Origin: a virus
Taxonomy: Duplodnaviria > Caudoviricetes
Reading direction: 5' to 3' (one strand)
IMG/VR virus record: IMGVR_UViG_3300046000_004988
Location: 1-62,356 of that record
Length of the DNA: 62,356 nucleotides
Shown here piece by piece: positions 28,467-37,336 of this stretch. The notes below the pieces were generated by a model that saw only the letters and a list, made by a program, of their open reading frames with translations, was not told where the DNA came from and searched no databases. How positions within the stretch are numbered: the first letter of the stretch is position 1; each line of letters opens with the position of its first letter. Position numbers and translations under genes: made by a program.

Positions 28467-28971
28467 CTCTTGCAATCAAGGTTAGTTCGTTTCTCACTAC
28501 CGAGCACCTGTCAACATCCTTTGTTACAGTCATGCCAGCCGCAATGGTTGACTTGTCTCCAATTACGACTCCTGGCAGAATTACCGCTCCTGCCCCGATG
28601 CATACATCATCACCAACTCTTGGCGGGTTGGCGATATAAGGCATTCCAGGACGAGGAAATTTATCGTCGCAGAATGTAACATTGGGACCAATGAATACAT
28701 TATTTCCGATGATCATGTTTGGCGCTGTGATGGTTCCATGACCAATCCTAACATTGTCACCCATTTTTGTGCCTCGTGAGATTTCTGCGTTTGATCCTAT
28801 TGAGCAATCTGAGCCAATCACGACGTCGTCCTGAATAGCTGCAAAGTGCCAGATCTTTGATCGTGCTCCAATGCGTGATCTCGGTGACACAAAGTTTACC
28901 GTGGATGGGGGCTCGATTTGAGATCGACTTTCTCCATGGAATTCGTTAGGCGGATTTATTTCTTGTTCCAT
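28459..28971 (-). CDS. Hexapeptide-repeat (LbH) acetyltransferase, WbpD/WxcM-like
   Basis: IGARSKIWHF, IGNNVFIGPNVTFCDDKFP, IGAGAVILPGVVIG. Confidence 0.85.
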   Translation of the reverse strand: MEQEINPPNEFHGESRSQIEPPSTVNFVSPRSRIGARSKIWHFAAIQDDVVIGSDCSIGSNAEISRGTKMGDNVRIGHGTITAPNMIIGNNVFIGPNVTFCDDKFPRPGMPYIANPPRVGDDVCIGAGAVILPGVVIGDKSTIAAGMTVTKDVDRCSVVRNELTLIARDA

Positions 28972-29686
28972 TTTTGTTCCTCCATTTATTGTACGATCTC
29001 GTCGCTTCTTTGATTCTCGGATACGACTCGCCTCCAAACACAAGACTGTAGGCATTGAGGTGGTCCGCTTTGTTCTGAACTCCGCTGATTCCTGCCGCAT
29101 GCACACCAATGATGTTGCTTGGCACTTCTGGGATTGATCCGTGATGGAACGAGTATGGGTAGAAGTTCCACCTTGGGTGCATGTGGATCAATTTTGATCC
29201 AGACCTGATGATTCCTGCATTGAGCATGCTCTGCTCCGTGACATCGTCGATCTTGAGTGTGCCATTCTTTCTGTCCTCAAGAAGTTGGCTTGCAATAGAG
29301 AATGCTTTCCTGTGCCTCCAGTTGGTGAAGTTGATGATGAAGAATCCAGTGTTGATGTATTTTGACTTTGGAATCCTTAGGTTTTTGCAGTCCGGATTTG
29401 GGAATGCATGGATGTCGTATGCGGCACCATCATGGACTCCATAAATAGCCTCAGAATCGTCGAACTCATCGAATGATACTGGTCTCAACAGTCGGTAGTC
29501 AGCATCAAAGAAAACGACCCTCGTGCTCCTGAACACATTTGGCAGATCCAGCTTTGCGGCATAACCATCCTGACCGTCTCCGATGAGCATAACTGTTGTC
29601 TTCAGTCCTGAGTTCTTCCTGAAGTGGAACGCCTGCTCGTTTGCGAGGTTTGCGTAATCTGGTGTTGCGATAGTTACAGCGATCAT
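28946..29686 (-). CDS. Glycosyltransferase family 8-like
   Basis: FFDAD (DxD), YINTGFF, TEQSMLN, WNF, VHAAG. Confidence 0.8.
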   Translation of the reverse strand: MIAVTIATPDYANLANEQAFHFRKNSGLKTTVMLIGDGQDGYAAKLDLPNVFRSTRVVFFDADYRLLRPVSFDEFDDSEAIYGVHDGAAYDIHAFPNPDCKNLRIPKSKYINTGFFIINFTNWRHRKAFSIASQLLEDRKNGTLKIDDVTEQSMLNAGIIRSGSKLIHMHPRWNFYPYSFHHGSIPEVPSNIIGVHAAGISGVQNKADHLNAYSLVFGGESYPRIKEATRSYNKWRNKNGTRNKSA

Positions 29687-30345
29687 TTCGATTTAACTTT
29701 CTGGATGCATCTTCCCCACGGAGTATTGATGTGATTTGTGATATGTTTGTTTGCCCATTCCAGGTCGTGTATCATTCCTGATCCGTATGCCCCAGATTCC
29801 CTGTATGTCATAACCAAGTGGTGAAGCGTAGGGATCTCGGAAAACATCTCAACGAATCGCAATGAGTTGGCTACCCAGTCGAATGAACCCATCACTGACT
29901 TCCACCTTTCGATTGCTGTCCAAGCTATTCCGCCAGCCTCAAGATGCCTGCCTTGGGATAGCATTCTCTCAGCCTGAATAGACTCCAGTCTGATGTGGTT
30001 CTTGATTGAGTCTGGGTGCTCCTCGATTGGTCCAAGATCCCACATCGCCGCCCTATTGAACTCAGCCAATTCAACTCTGCCGTGAAGTGTATTCATGAAG
30101 AATGCCGAAGCATTGATTGATGAGCACCACCTGACTCTATTTTTTAGAGAGCGCGGGATGACGACTCGATCTATTTTGTTATCCCAATCTTCAAGTTTTA
30201 TCTCTCCATCAATCGCTCTGTATGTAAGCCAGCATTTGGAGTGCGCTCTCGTGTCGGCATCTGCATGAATATCCAGAAGGTCATGCCATGCTTTTTTATA
30301 CTTCTCTTCCCTGGTGGCGTTTGATGTTGGAAATAGAATGCTCAT
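29683..30345 (-). CDS. Hypothetical protein in the glycosylation cluster
   Basis: 220-aa ORF coupled to its neighbours. Confidence 0.6.
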   Translation of the reverse strand: MSILFPTSNATREEKYKKAWHDLLDIHADADTRAHSKCWLTYRAIDGEIKLEDWDNKIDRVVIPRSLKNRVRWCSSINASAFFMNTLHGRVELAEFNRAAMWDLGPIEEHPDSIKNHIRLESIQAERMLSQGRHLEAGGIAWTAIERWKSVMGSFDWVANSLRFVEMFSEIPTLHHLVMTYRESGAYGSGMIHDLEWANKHITNHINTPWGRCIQKVKSK

Positions 30346-30824
30346 TACTTTTCGAGTTCTTTGATAGCCTCTTCAATACAGTGCTTTGCCTTCTTGAGAT
30401 CTCCAATGAGGTCTTCTTTGATGCGGAAGCAGTACTCGATTGCGTCGGTTCTCCTGGCGTCAACAAAGACGTTGCCTGATGTCTTCATGCACCGCTCAAG
30501 ATCCCAAGGAGTGACTGATCCTGCGTAGTGCCGTGGGGTTGACACTGGAATCACGATGCCGCCCAGGATTGCTTGCTCATCCGGCCCAAATTCAACAGCA
30601 CTATGAAAAGCCTCAGACAAAGATTGTCCTGTTTCCACTCTCATTGGGCATGATCCTGGTGGTGCTAATTGCGCTTGAACCTCGGATAAAGTTCGTTGGC
30701 ATCGCTTTTGAACTTTGTTGTATGAAGGGCAGTGTCCGCACACGATTGGGACTGTGGGTGTAGAAGGGTCCATGCTCTGATGATGTTCTCTGTTGAGTGA
30801 CTGTTTGCGTCGTGGATTGAGCAT
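30345..30824 (-). CDS. DUF3310-like protein
   Basis: PRHY...AIEYCFR...DLKKAKHCIE. Confidence 0.6.
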   Translation of the reverse strand: MLNPRRKQSLNREHHQSMDPSTPTVPIVCGHCPSYNKVQKRCQRTLSEVQAQLAPPGSCPMRVETGQSLSEAFHSAVEFGPDEQAILGGIVIPVSTPRHYAGSVTPWDLERCMKTSGNVFVDARRTDAIEYCFRIKEDLIGDLKKAKHCIEEAIKELEK

Positions 30825-30930
30825 GGGCAGTCAAGACAACAGGCAATGACGTGGATTCCAGTGTATTGGAGTCTCGGTTTCTTGCCTGTTGTTTGACATA
30901 CCTGCTGCGATGAGTTGAACTCCTCCGTGG

Positions 30931-31494
30931 TCATGGAGTGGTGATAGCGTCAGCAATTGCCGTGCATGCCGCCTTGCGCTTCACTGGGTCAAGGAATGCA
31001 TCACGATCACTCTTGTTATCCATGAAGCCAAGCTCGATCAAGAAGCATGGCTGGAATGACATGACGGCAAGAGAGGTGTGCTGCGACTGACTCTCCAACT
31101 TGATGCCGCGACTCTTGGTGCCTAGTGAGATGCAGACTGCGTTGTTGAGGCGTTTCGCCATGGCTGCATTTGCTGAACCACGGTAGAACGTCTCTGTGCC
31201 CATTGCCTTGCCAGTTCCAGAGTCATTGCAATGGAGACTGATCATGATGTCACCGTGGAACCTTTTTGCGACTGCTGATCTCTGACCAATTGGTGCTGGG
31301 TCTTTGGCGTCAGTCCTTGTTCTGACAACCCTGATGCCTCGATCCAGGAGGATCTGGCGAAGTGTGTTGGCATAGTCCATGGCGACTGTTGCCTCCTGGA
31401 CTCCTGCGCTCTCTGTGCCGGAATCGTAGACTCCTGCTTTTCGATTACTCATACCGTGACCTGGGTCGATGATGACTACCTTTGGGATGTTCAT
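30931..31494 (-). CDS. N-acetylmuramoyl-L-alanine amidase (Amidase_3) endolysin
   Basis: IIDPGHG, catalytic E, ISLHCN, LIELGFMDN. Confidence 0.92.
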   Translation of the reverse strand: MNIPKVVIIDPGHGMSNRKAGVYDSGTESAGVQEATVAMDYANTLRQILLDRGIRVVRTRTDAKDPAPIGQRSAVAKRFHGDIMISLHCNDSGTGKAMGTETFYRGSANAAMAKRLNNAVCISLGTKSRGIKLESQSQHTSLAVMSFQPCFLIELGFMDNKSDRDAFLDPVKRKAACTAIADAITTP

Positions 31495-31542
31495 TGTCGT
31501 ATTGTGGGTGTGTTGTTATTGGGTCGGACTTCCGACCCGTGA

Positions 31543-31848
31543 TTACATCTTCAGTCCGTCTGCTGTTGGCTCAACGACTGTGCTTGTTGGATCTTTCGAG
31601 TTCGGATACGGGTTCGGGGTGCCGATGTATTTCAAAGCCATACCTTGACGCATGATGCATGATTCGAGATCTCGGATGGATAGGACGTGATTGGCGATGA
31701 CTTCGCTGCCATCAATAAGATTGTCGTATTCACTGCTTGTCCGAACATACGCACTGAGGCTTCGGGCGTGGTCTTTCATGCGTTGCAGCAGTTCGTCCGC
31801 ATCTTTGCGGAATGTTTTAGCGGCAATGATAGCTTGGTCTTTTGTCAT
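31543..31848 (-). CDS. Helical-hairpin protein, possibly Acb2/Tad1-like
   Basis: LSIRDLESCIMRQGMALK...PNPYPNS...EPTADGLK. Confidence 0.5.
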   Translation of the reverse strand: MTKDQAIIAAKTFRKDADELLQRMKDHARSLSAYVRTSSEYDNLIDGSEVIANHVLSIRDLESCIMRQGMALKYIGTPNPYPNSKDPTSTVVEPTADGLKM

Positions 31849-31870
31849 GGTGTTGGTGTTGGCGGTGTTT

Positions 31871-32143
31871 TTACTCTTCGTCTTTGCGAACGAAATACTC
31901 CTTCTCGGTGGCAAGCGTCCTGCGACCAGACTCTTCAGCGGACACCCTGGATAATGAATCATCATCACCAAGGTTCTTGTGCAGGATAGCCGAGTCTGCT
32001 GTTGCCGAGATTGCGGACATGGTCTGCTCGATGTTGAACATATTGACTCTGCATGTCCTGCCGACTGTGTATCCAATCCAGAACGCCAGGATTGCGAGGA
32101 TTGAGATGATAAACTGGATGTTGCGTATTTGGGTCTTTGTCAT
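31871..32143 (-). CDS. Membrane-anchored hypothetical protein
   Basis: IQFIISILAILAFWIGY transmembrane segment. Confidence 0.5.
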   Translation of the reverse strand: MTKTQIRNIQFIISILAILAFWIGYTVGRTCRVNMFNIEQTMSAISATADSAILHKNLGDDDSLSRVSAEESGRRTLATEKEYFVRKDEE

Positions 32144-32199
32144 GGGTTTGGGTGATTGGTCTGAATCAAATGCCAGTTTGGTTTTGGTCAAGCATTTGA

Positions 32200-32429
32200 T
32201 CACTCAATTTTTGCAATCGTCACAAGAGTGACTGCCGTCACGACGATGATGAAGATGAGTTGAGCTACCGTCTTACAGGTTATTGCTGCTGCTGCGATGA
32301 TCATGAGTTGGGCTTGAATTGTTGGTATAACCAGAAGGAGATTGCCGATATTACAACAAGGATGATGACTGCCGTAAGTGCTGCTGCAACCTTTGTGTAA
32401 TTGATCGCCGTTTGGATGAGTGCAATCAT
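32200..32429 (-). CDS. Two tandem tiny transmembrane ORFs (32301-32429, 42 aa; 32200-32304, 34 aa)
   Basis: Manual translation; hydrophobic, ATGA-coupled, inside the lysis region. Confidence 0.45.
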
Positions 32430-32650
32430 GGGCGAAGTGCCTCTCTTACTCTGCGCTGATATTCAGCATCTGAATGCCAGACCTCATCAACCTGAGCCGT
32501 GTAGCATCCATCAAGCGTTTGGACCTGGGTTCCTGCTCCCAGTCGGATTCTGGTTGGCGAGTATAACGTCATGGAGTCTGCGACGATAGAGGAGCGCGAT
32601 ACGCAACTCATCAGCGATGCGAGAATCAGTAGGTGTATTGAGTGCTTCAT
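32426..32650 (-). CDS. Lipoprotein, o-spanin-like
   Basis: Signal peptide ending LASLMSC; overlaps the 3' half of 32511-32777. Confidence 0.55.
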   Translation of the reverse strand: MKHSIHLLILASLMSCVSRSSIVADSMTLYSPTRIRLGAGTQVQTLDGCYTAQVDEVWHSDAEYQRRVREALRP

Positions 32651-32777
32651 GTTTGATTATTTGTTGGGTTATCGCCTCCACCTCTGAGTTTACCTTCCAC
32701 GCTAAAAGCATCGGGAGTGCTTTCATTGCCGCAGTGGCAGCACGGAGGAACTCAAGGATGGAGGCGAAGAGCGTCAC
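32511..32777 (-). CDS. i-spanin-like protein
   Basis: Hydrophobic N-terminus; overlaps the lipoprotein gene. Confidence 0.45.
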   Translation of the reverse strand: MTLFASILEFLRAATAAMKALPMLLAWKVNSEVEAITQQIIKHEALNTPTDSRIADELRIALLYRRRLHDVILANQNPTGSRNPGPNA

Positions 32778-32944
32778 TTGACGACGAGTCCGAGATGTTT
32801 GAAGAAGTTGACGACCTTCTCCAGGGCAGTGTCGTCTCGTGGAGTCGGAGTGATCTTGACGATCAGTCTGGCTGCAAGGACGACGGCACCAACGGCAGCG
32901 ACGATGTCGCTCCAGTGGGATGTGATGTAGTTAATGGCGTTCAT
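32774..32944 (-). CDS. Holin-like 56-aa membrane protein
   Basis: Manual translation MNAINYITSHWSDIVAAVGAVVLAARLIVKITPTPRDDTALEKVVNFFKHLGLVVK. Confidence 0.65.
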   Translation of the reverse strand: MNAINYITSHWSDIVAAVGAVVLAARLIVKITPTPRDDTALEKVVNFFKHLGLVVK

Positions 32945-33213
32945 TGGGCTTGAGGTTTGTTGTTGTCTGTTTCGTCAGACCTTGAGACAAGATTCAATCT
33001 GCCCCAAATGACTGACACTTTTTCCGAGGTCTTCTTTTCGGAGACTTCGGTCGATGAAATTCTACGCTCATGATCTGCTGCTGTCCACTCCGTCCTGGCG
33101 ATAAATAAGACTCCAGCACAAACGGTCATTAGAACCCATCTTGTTAGGCTAAGTGTTCTCTCCTGCTTCTTGAGGAGCAACTCCAGTGCTTTTAGCGTTT
33201 CGTCGACTGCCAT
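32941..33213 (-). CDS. Single-pass membrane protein
   Basis: WVLMTVCAGVLFIA transmembrane segment followed by coiled coil. Confidence 0.6.
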   Translation of the reverse strand: MAVDETLKALELLLKKQERTLSLTRWVLMTVCAGVLFIARTEWTAADHERRISSTEVSEKKTSEKVSVIWGRLNLVSRSDETDNNKPQAQ

Positions 33214-33221
33214 GGAATTTG

Positions 33222-33464
33222 TTATGCTAGGATTTCAGTTTTGCGAGCAGGCGTGAGGATTCCAGTTTGGATCAGCAAGTCGAGTCCTTGTGACAACTCC
33301 ACCGAGTCGTCACGGACACGATCTGCGCCTAACCCGATCATCCGCCAGTAAACAACTTGCGGCGAGGTGGATAAGCCGATTGCAATCACCTCCTCCGGTG
33401 TGAGTTTCTGTTGCAGAAATTCTTTTGGCGAGAGTTGCCATTTGAAGGTAAATGAAGAGGTCAT
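33222..33464 (-). CDS. Tail fibre assembly-like small protein
   Basis: Follows the tail fibre gene; GLDLLIQTGILTPARKTEIL. Confidence 0.55.
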   Translation of the reverse strand: MTSSFTFKWQLSPKEFLQQKLTPEEVIAIGLSTSPQVVYWRMIGLGADRVRDDSVELSQGLDLLIQTGILTPARKTEILA

Positions 33465-33468
33465 AATG

Positions 33469-34710
33469 TTAGTATGCCGCGCAAGCTAGAACTGTGGTTG
33501 GCGTGATGTCGGTAGCAGTGTAGGAGCATCGTCCCCATGTGCCGGAGTTGGAGACACCTGTGTAAGTACACGCGACGAGATTGCACCCATCAGCGTAGTC
33601 GATAGCTCCGTTGGCACCGTTGGCACCTCCCATACCACCACCAGAACCACCAGATAGGTTGATTTGAGTGACACGAATTTGGCCTGATGGTCTGACTGTG
33701 CCTCCGCCACCACCGTTGTTATCAGCGGAACTACCACCTGCACTAAAGACGCTCAGTTTACTGTTGCTGCCTTCAATCGTATGAAGACCCCCTTGTCCAC
33801 CGTCCTGCATCGTATCGGTTGCAGCACCACCGTTAGCGGTAATGGTTAGGTCTAAGTTCTGGATGTTTAGAGTTGTGTTATATCCCGATGTTCCAGTGAG
33901 GCCAGAGGCGGGGGTGCCAGTAATGGACAGGGTGGTTAAATCCTGTCCAACACCGATAGCCTGCTTAAAATACGCTGATATGTCCGCAGTGATCGCGATC
34001 ACATGGCTATCTGCTCCAAACTTAATTACAAATGGGCTAAAAGCTGCATTGCCTGCGTCGTAAGCGGTCGTGCCTGAAGCGTATGGCTTCGAGGGATCTC
34101 CAACCGCTCCAGTGGCGTCATTGCCTCCGTTGGCTGTCGTCTCCACATAGAAAACTTTTGGGGTGGAGATCGTGCCACCAGCACTCGGTGTTGCCCAAGA
34201 CGGCAGTCCTGAAGCCAGCGTCAGAACCTGACCATTTGTTCCTTTTGCTAGTCGCGTTCCCGCTCCTGCCGTGCCGCCATAGATAATGTCGCCGCTTGCG
34301 GACATCGGATTGGTGAACGTCGAGTAGAGCGTGTCGAAGTAGGCTTTGAGGGTTTCCTTGATTTTTTCCCAGGTGACCTTCTTGAGGACGTTGGACGCAG
34401 CGGAGTCGATCAACGGCATCGTGTCTGCATTGACTGGAGTCGTCTTTGGAGTTGCGCCGTGGATGGTTGATCCAACATTCCCAGCGTCTGTGACATCAGC
34501 GCTTTCCTCGATAGTCGCGAGTTTATCGAACATCACCTTGGTCATCACGCCTGCATTACTCGTGTCTGCGGCTGGAATGGTGGCATCTGTTCCCGTGTCG
34601 GAGGTGACGACAACCTGCGTTGCTGAAAGGGTTCTGCCAAGGTTTGTTGCGCCTCCGCCACCACCTCCTGGAGACCCTGCTGGGAATGCGTTTGTAAATT
34701 GCTTACTCAT
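33469..34710 (-). CDS. Tail fibre / receptor-binding protein
   Basis: AGVMTK...KL, GDIIYGG...RLAKGTNGQVLT, GNDATG...KPY; Gly-rich C-terminus. Confidence 0.8.
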   Translation of the reverse strand: MSKQFTNAFPAGSPGGGGGGATNLGRTLSATQVVVTSDTGTDATIPAADTSNAGVMTKVMFDKLATIEESADVTDAGNVGSTIHGATPKTTPVNADTMPLIDSAASNVLKKVTWEKIKETLKAYFDTLYSTFTNPMSASGDIIYGGTAGAGTRLAKGTNGQVLTLASGLPSWATPSAGGTISTPKVFYVETTANGGNDATGAVGDPSKPYASGTTAYDAGNAAFSPFVIKFGADSHVIAITADISAYFKQAIGVGQDLTTLSITGTPASGLTGTSGYNTTLNIQNLDLTITANGGAATDTMQDGGQGGLHTIEGSNSKLSVFSAGGSSADNNGGGGGTVRPSGQIRVTQINLSGGSGGGMGGANGANGAIDYADGCNLVACTYTGVSNSGTWGRCSYTATDITPTTVLACAAY

Positions 34711-34975
34711 GTGACCATTGGGTTACAATTTTGACTCCCGTAGTTCCGACATCGGCTTTGATTTCAATGTCTGCGGATGACCTTAGAACTAGCATTCCAA
34801 CGGATGATCCGGTTGGTATTGTGAGTTGATCATCAGGTGCTGTCCTGTCCGCTTTACGGATGAGAAGATCAGCGCCAGTGTCGTTTTTGATCGACACATG
34901 ATCCGCTTTGCGGGTCGGAAGTGCGACCCAATTTGTTGTTACCGAGACGTCGAATGCATCAGATCCTGATTTCAT
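34703..34975 (-). CDS. Small virion structural protein (putative)
   Basis: Beta-rich 90-aa ORF upstream of the tail fibre gene. Confidence 0.55.
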   Translation of the reverse strand: MKSGSDAFDVSVTTNWVALPTRKADHVSIKNDTGADLLIRKADRTAPDDQLTIPTGSSVGMLVLRSSADIEIKADVGTTGVKIVTQWSHE

Positions 34976-34979
34976 ATAA

Positions 34980-35288
34980 TTAACCCTCTGCTAACCCTTT
35001 GATGTGTGCAACGAAAACATGCAGTATTTCGCACCCAGAAGAGCACTGGTTTTTGTCATACCTGCTTGATGGATTAACCAACTCTGAAATCAGAGTTCTC
35101 TGGTATCCGCCGATGAGCGACGTGGCATCACCAAAGTCTGATCCTTCCCCAACGAGAAGGAGCATGATGTCGTCATCCATGAGGATGCGCTTTGCTGCTG
35201 CTTTTGCCCTAACTAACTGCTCCTCATTCCACTGGGGGATTGGTAGCGGTGGTGTCGGTTGCTGCTTGCTGTCCAGGTTGCTGCTCAT
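34980..35288 (-). CDS. Hypothetical protein downstream of the portal
   Basis: 102-aa ORF overlapping the portal 3' end. Confidence 0.55.
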   Translation of the reverse strand: MSSNLDSKQQPTPPLPIPQWNEEQLVRAKAAAKRILMDDDIMLLLVGEGSDFGDATSLIGGYQRTLISELVNPSSRYDKNQCSSGCEILHVFVAHIKGLAEG

Positions 35289-37332
35289 TGGGTTGCTGTG
35301 GTTGTGGTTGGCTTGCTGCCATGATTTCGTTTGTCGTTACCAGGAGTGATTCTGGGTCTTCGCAGTCAAGGTCTCTCAGCATCTTGATGAAGATGGTCTT
35401 GTGGATTGCTTGATATGCTGGGGGCCATTGCATCCACTGCATCAGGATCTGGATGATCTGCGAGTTCTTCGCCAGGGTCTGCGTGTCTGAGATGGATGAC
35501 AAAACGACCTCAATCGCATTGGTGTATTGAGCTTTGTTTTCCTCTACCCATGCCAGGACCAATTGTGCATCCACTTCACCGAGTTGAGCTAGGAGGTCAT
35601 CTGTGTCGATGTTGTCGAGTTCAATCTTCATGAAGTCAGACACGCACTGGTCGATGCCCTTGCCGAGTTCCTTGATCATTGATTCGACATGCTGGTTGGC
35701 ATTGTCCTCAAGGATCTGCTGACCAGTTGCCGTCTCTGTTCCTGGCAGTGCCTGTGTGACAGTCTGGCCTGCGCCGGATAGACCGAACTTTGACTGAGCC
35801 CGTTGCAAAGCAAGATTGAGACTGTCCTCAAGCTCTTTGATCTGCGGCGTGATCTCCTCGACGTGGATTGCCTCACGAGGATCAGCGCCCCTCTCGACCT
35901 CGTTTGGTGTCGATGAGTTGAGTCGAATCTGTTTGTTATTCTTGTAGTCCTTGATGATGGCGCTGTTGACGAATACGGCATTGCCCGCTGAGGCGCATGC
36001 CACGGAGATCTGGTTGAGCCTGGAGTCGATGGTGTTGAGGTCGTCCCACATCGTTTCGTAGAGTGACACTCCATACCATCTGTCAGATGTCTCGATTGCC
36101 CTGATGACTCGGTATGGATGACCACGGTCTGGATCAACATCGAGCACGTCCTCAGCGAGTGAGTAGATGATTGGTTGGTTGAGTTCGACGTCCATGATGC
36201 ACCAGATGTTCTGCCGTGCCCCCACTCCCAGGATGTCAGCTTTGAGGAAGTACTGCCTCATGCGAATGCGCGGCTGCATCTCTGGGCTCGTGGAACTTGA
36301 TCCTGCCCCTGCCCCTGTGTTCAGGTCTGTGTCGACTTCTCCACGAGATGGTTTTGCTCGTGATTTTGCATCAAGATATGCTGAGCCTGTTTGAGTACTC
36401 GTCTTGTATTCTTCCAGGTTGCCTGGAATGATCTGACCTGAGTTCGAGAGGAATGCCCTGAGTTCGTCAAAGGTCCACGAGAATTCATTGCCGATGAGAT
36501 CCGCTTCATCGAGGCTGGTCCATCGTGTATCGACGATCAGATCCATGTAGTGGACCAGGTTGAAGTCTGCGCCACTCTTCACCACTCTTGGCTGGAGGAT
36601 CTTTGCTGGTCTTGTCGAGAGTGCCACTTCAGATCCTGCGCTCTTACTGATGGAGGGGTCTTTCTTCAGAACGTCTCTTCCGTCCGGTCCTGGCACCCAT
36701 TCATCATCTTCCATGACGAGTGATTTTGTCGCCGCTGAAATGATTGGGAACCCCTTGTCATCCATGGCGACTTTCTTCTGTATCGGCGTGTATCGGATGA
36801 CCTTCTTGTATGATGGTATGCAGACGCTTTCGCCGCAAAGCAATGACTTGAAGATGCACGACTCCATTGAGTCTCTGAATCCTGACACCTTGGACCTATG
36901 GCGAAGCCTGCGCTGAATGGCTGGAATGGCTGGATGAGCAGCATCCTCTGGACCCTCCGCCTTGTGACCAAAGAACCTGTGATCCTTCAGGAGAGCACCT
37001 GAGATCTTCGACTTCAGTTGCCTGAGGTGATCCTGCGGCGTGTTCATGGATTGGTTGCTCTTCGTGAACACCTTCATGCCTTCAACACCCTGGTCAATCT
37101 TTCCCCTCGGCGGAAGTCCTGGTCTCCATGAGAAGTCGTTGTCGTATGCCCGTTCAGCAATCCACCTCCACCATAACCACGAGTATGGAATCGGTTCATC
37201 ACCTGGCTTTGCTGTGTCAGTAAGACCTTGTGATCTGCGTGCGTGCTTTGCTCCGTCCTCAGCTACGCGAATGAGTGTCGTTTCTTGATCCTCGGTGAGG
37301 ACGAGGCTTGTGATGGCGAGTGCTTTGATCAT
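35224..37332 (-). CDS. Portal protein
   Basis: 702 aa; DRWYGVSL, TETATGQQIL and a Gln-rich tail typical of P22-like portals. Confidence 0.8.
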   Translation of the reverse strand: MIKALAITSLVLTEDQETTLIRVAEDGAKHARRSQGLTDTAKPGDEPIPYSWLWWRWIAERAYDNDFSWRPGLPPRGKIDQGVEGMKVFTKSNQSMNTPQDHLRQLKSKISGALLKDHRFFGHKAEGPEDAAHPAIPAIQRRLRHRSKVSGFRDSMESCIFKSLLCGESVCIPSYKKVIRYTPIQKKVAMDDKGFPIISAATKSLVMEDDEWVPGPDGRDVLKKDPSISKSAGSEVALSTRPAKILQPRVVKSGADFNLVHYMDLIVDTRWTSLDEADLIGNEFSWTFDELRAFLSNSGQIIPGNLEEYKTSTQTGSAYLDAKSRAKPSRGEVDTDLNTGAGAGSSSTSPEMQPRIRMRQYFLKADILGVGARQNIWCIMDVELNQPIIYSLAEDVLDVDPDRGHPYRVIRAIETSDRWYGVSLYETMWDDLNTIDSRLNQISVACASAGNAVFVNSAIIKDYKNNKQIRLNSSTPNEVERGADPREAIHVEEITPQIKELEDSLNLALQRAQSKFGLSGAGQTVTQALPGTETATGQQILEDNANQHVESMIKELGKGIDQCVSDFMKIELDNIDTDDLLAQLGEVDAQLVLAWVEENKAQYTNAIEVVLSSISDTQTLAKNSQIIQILMQWMQWPPAYQAIHKTIFIKMLRDLDCEDPESLLVTTNEIMAASQPQPQQPNEQQPGQQAATDTTATNPPVE

Positions 37333-37336
37333 CTTG

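Noticed and set aside
33469-34710. Diversity-generating retroelement target in the tail fibre
   Set aside because: No reverse transcriptase and no template/variable repeat pair seen
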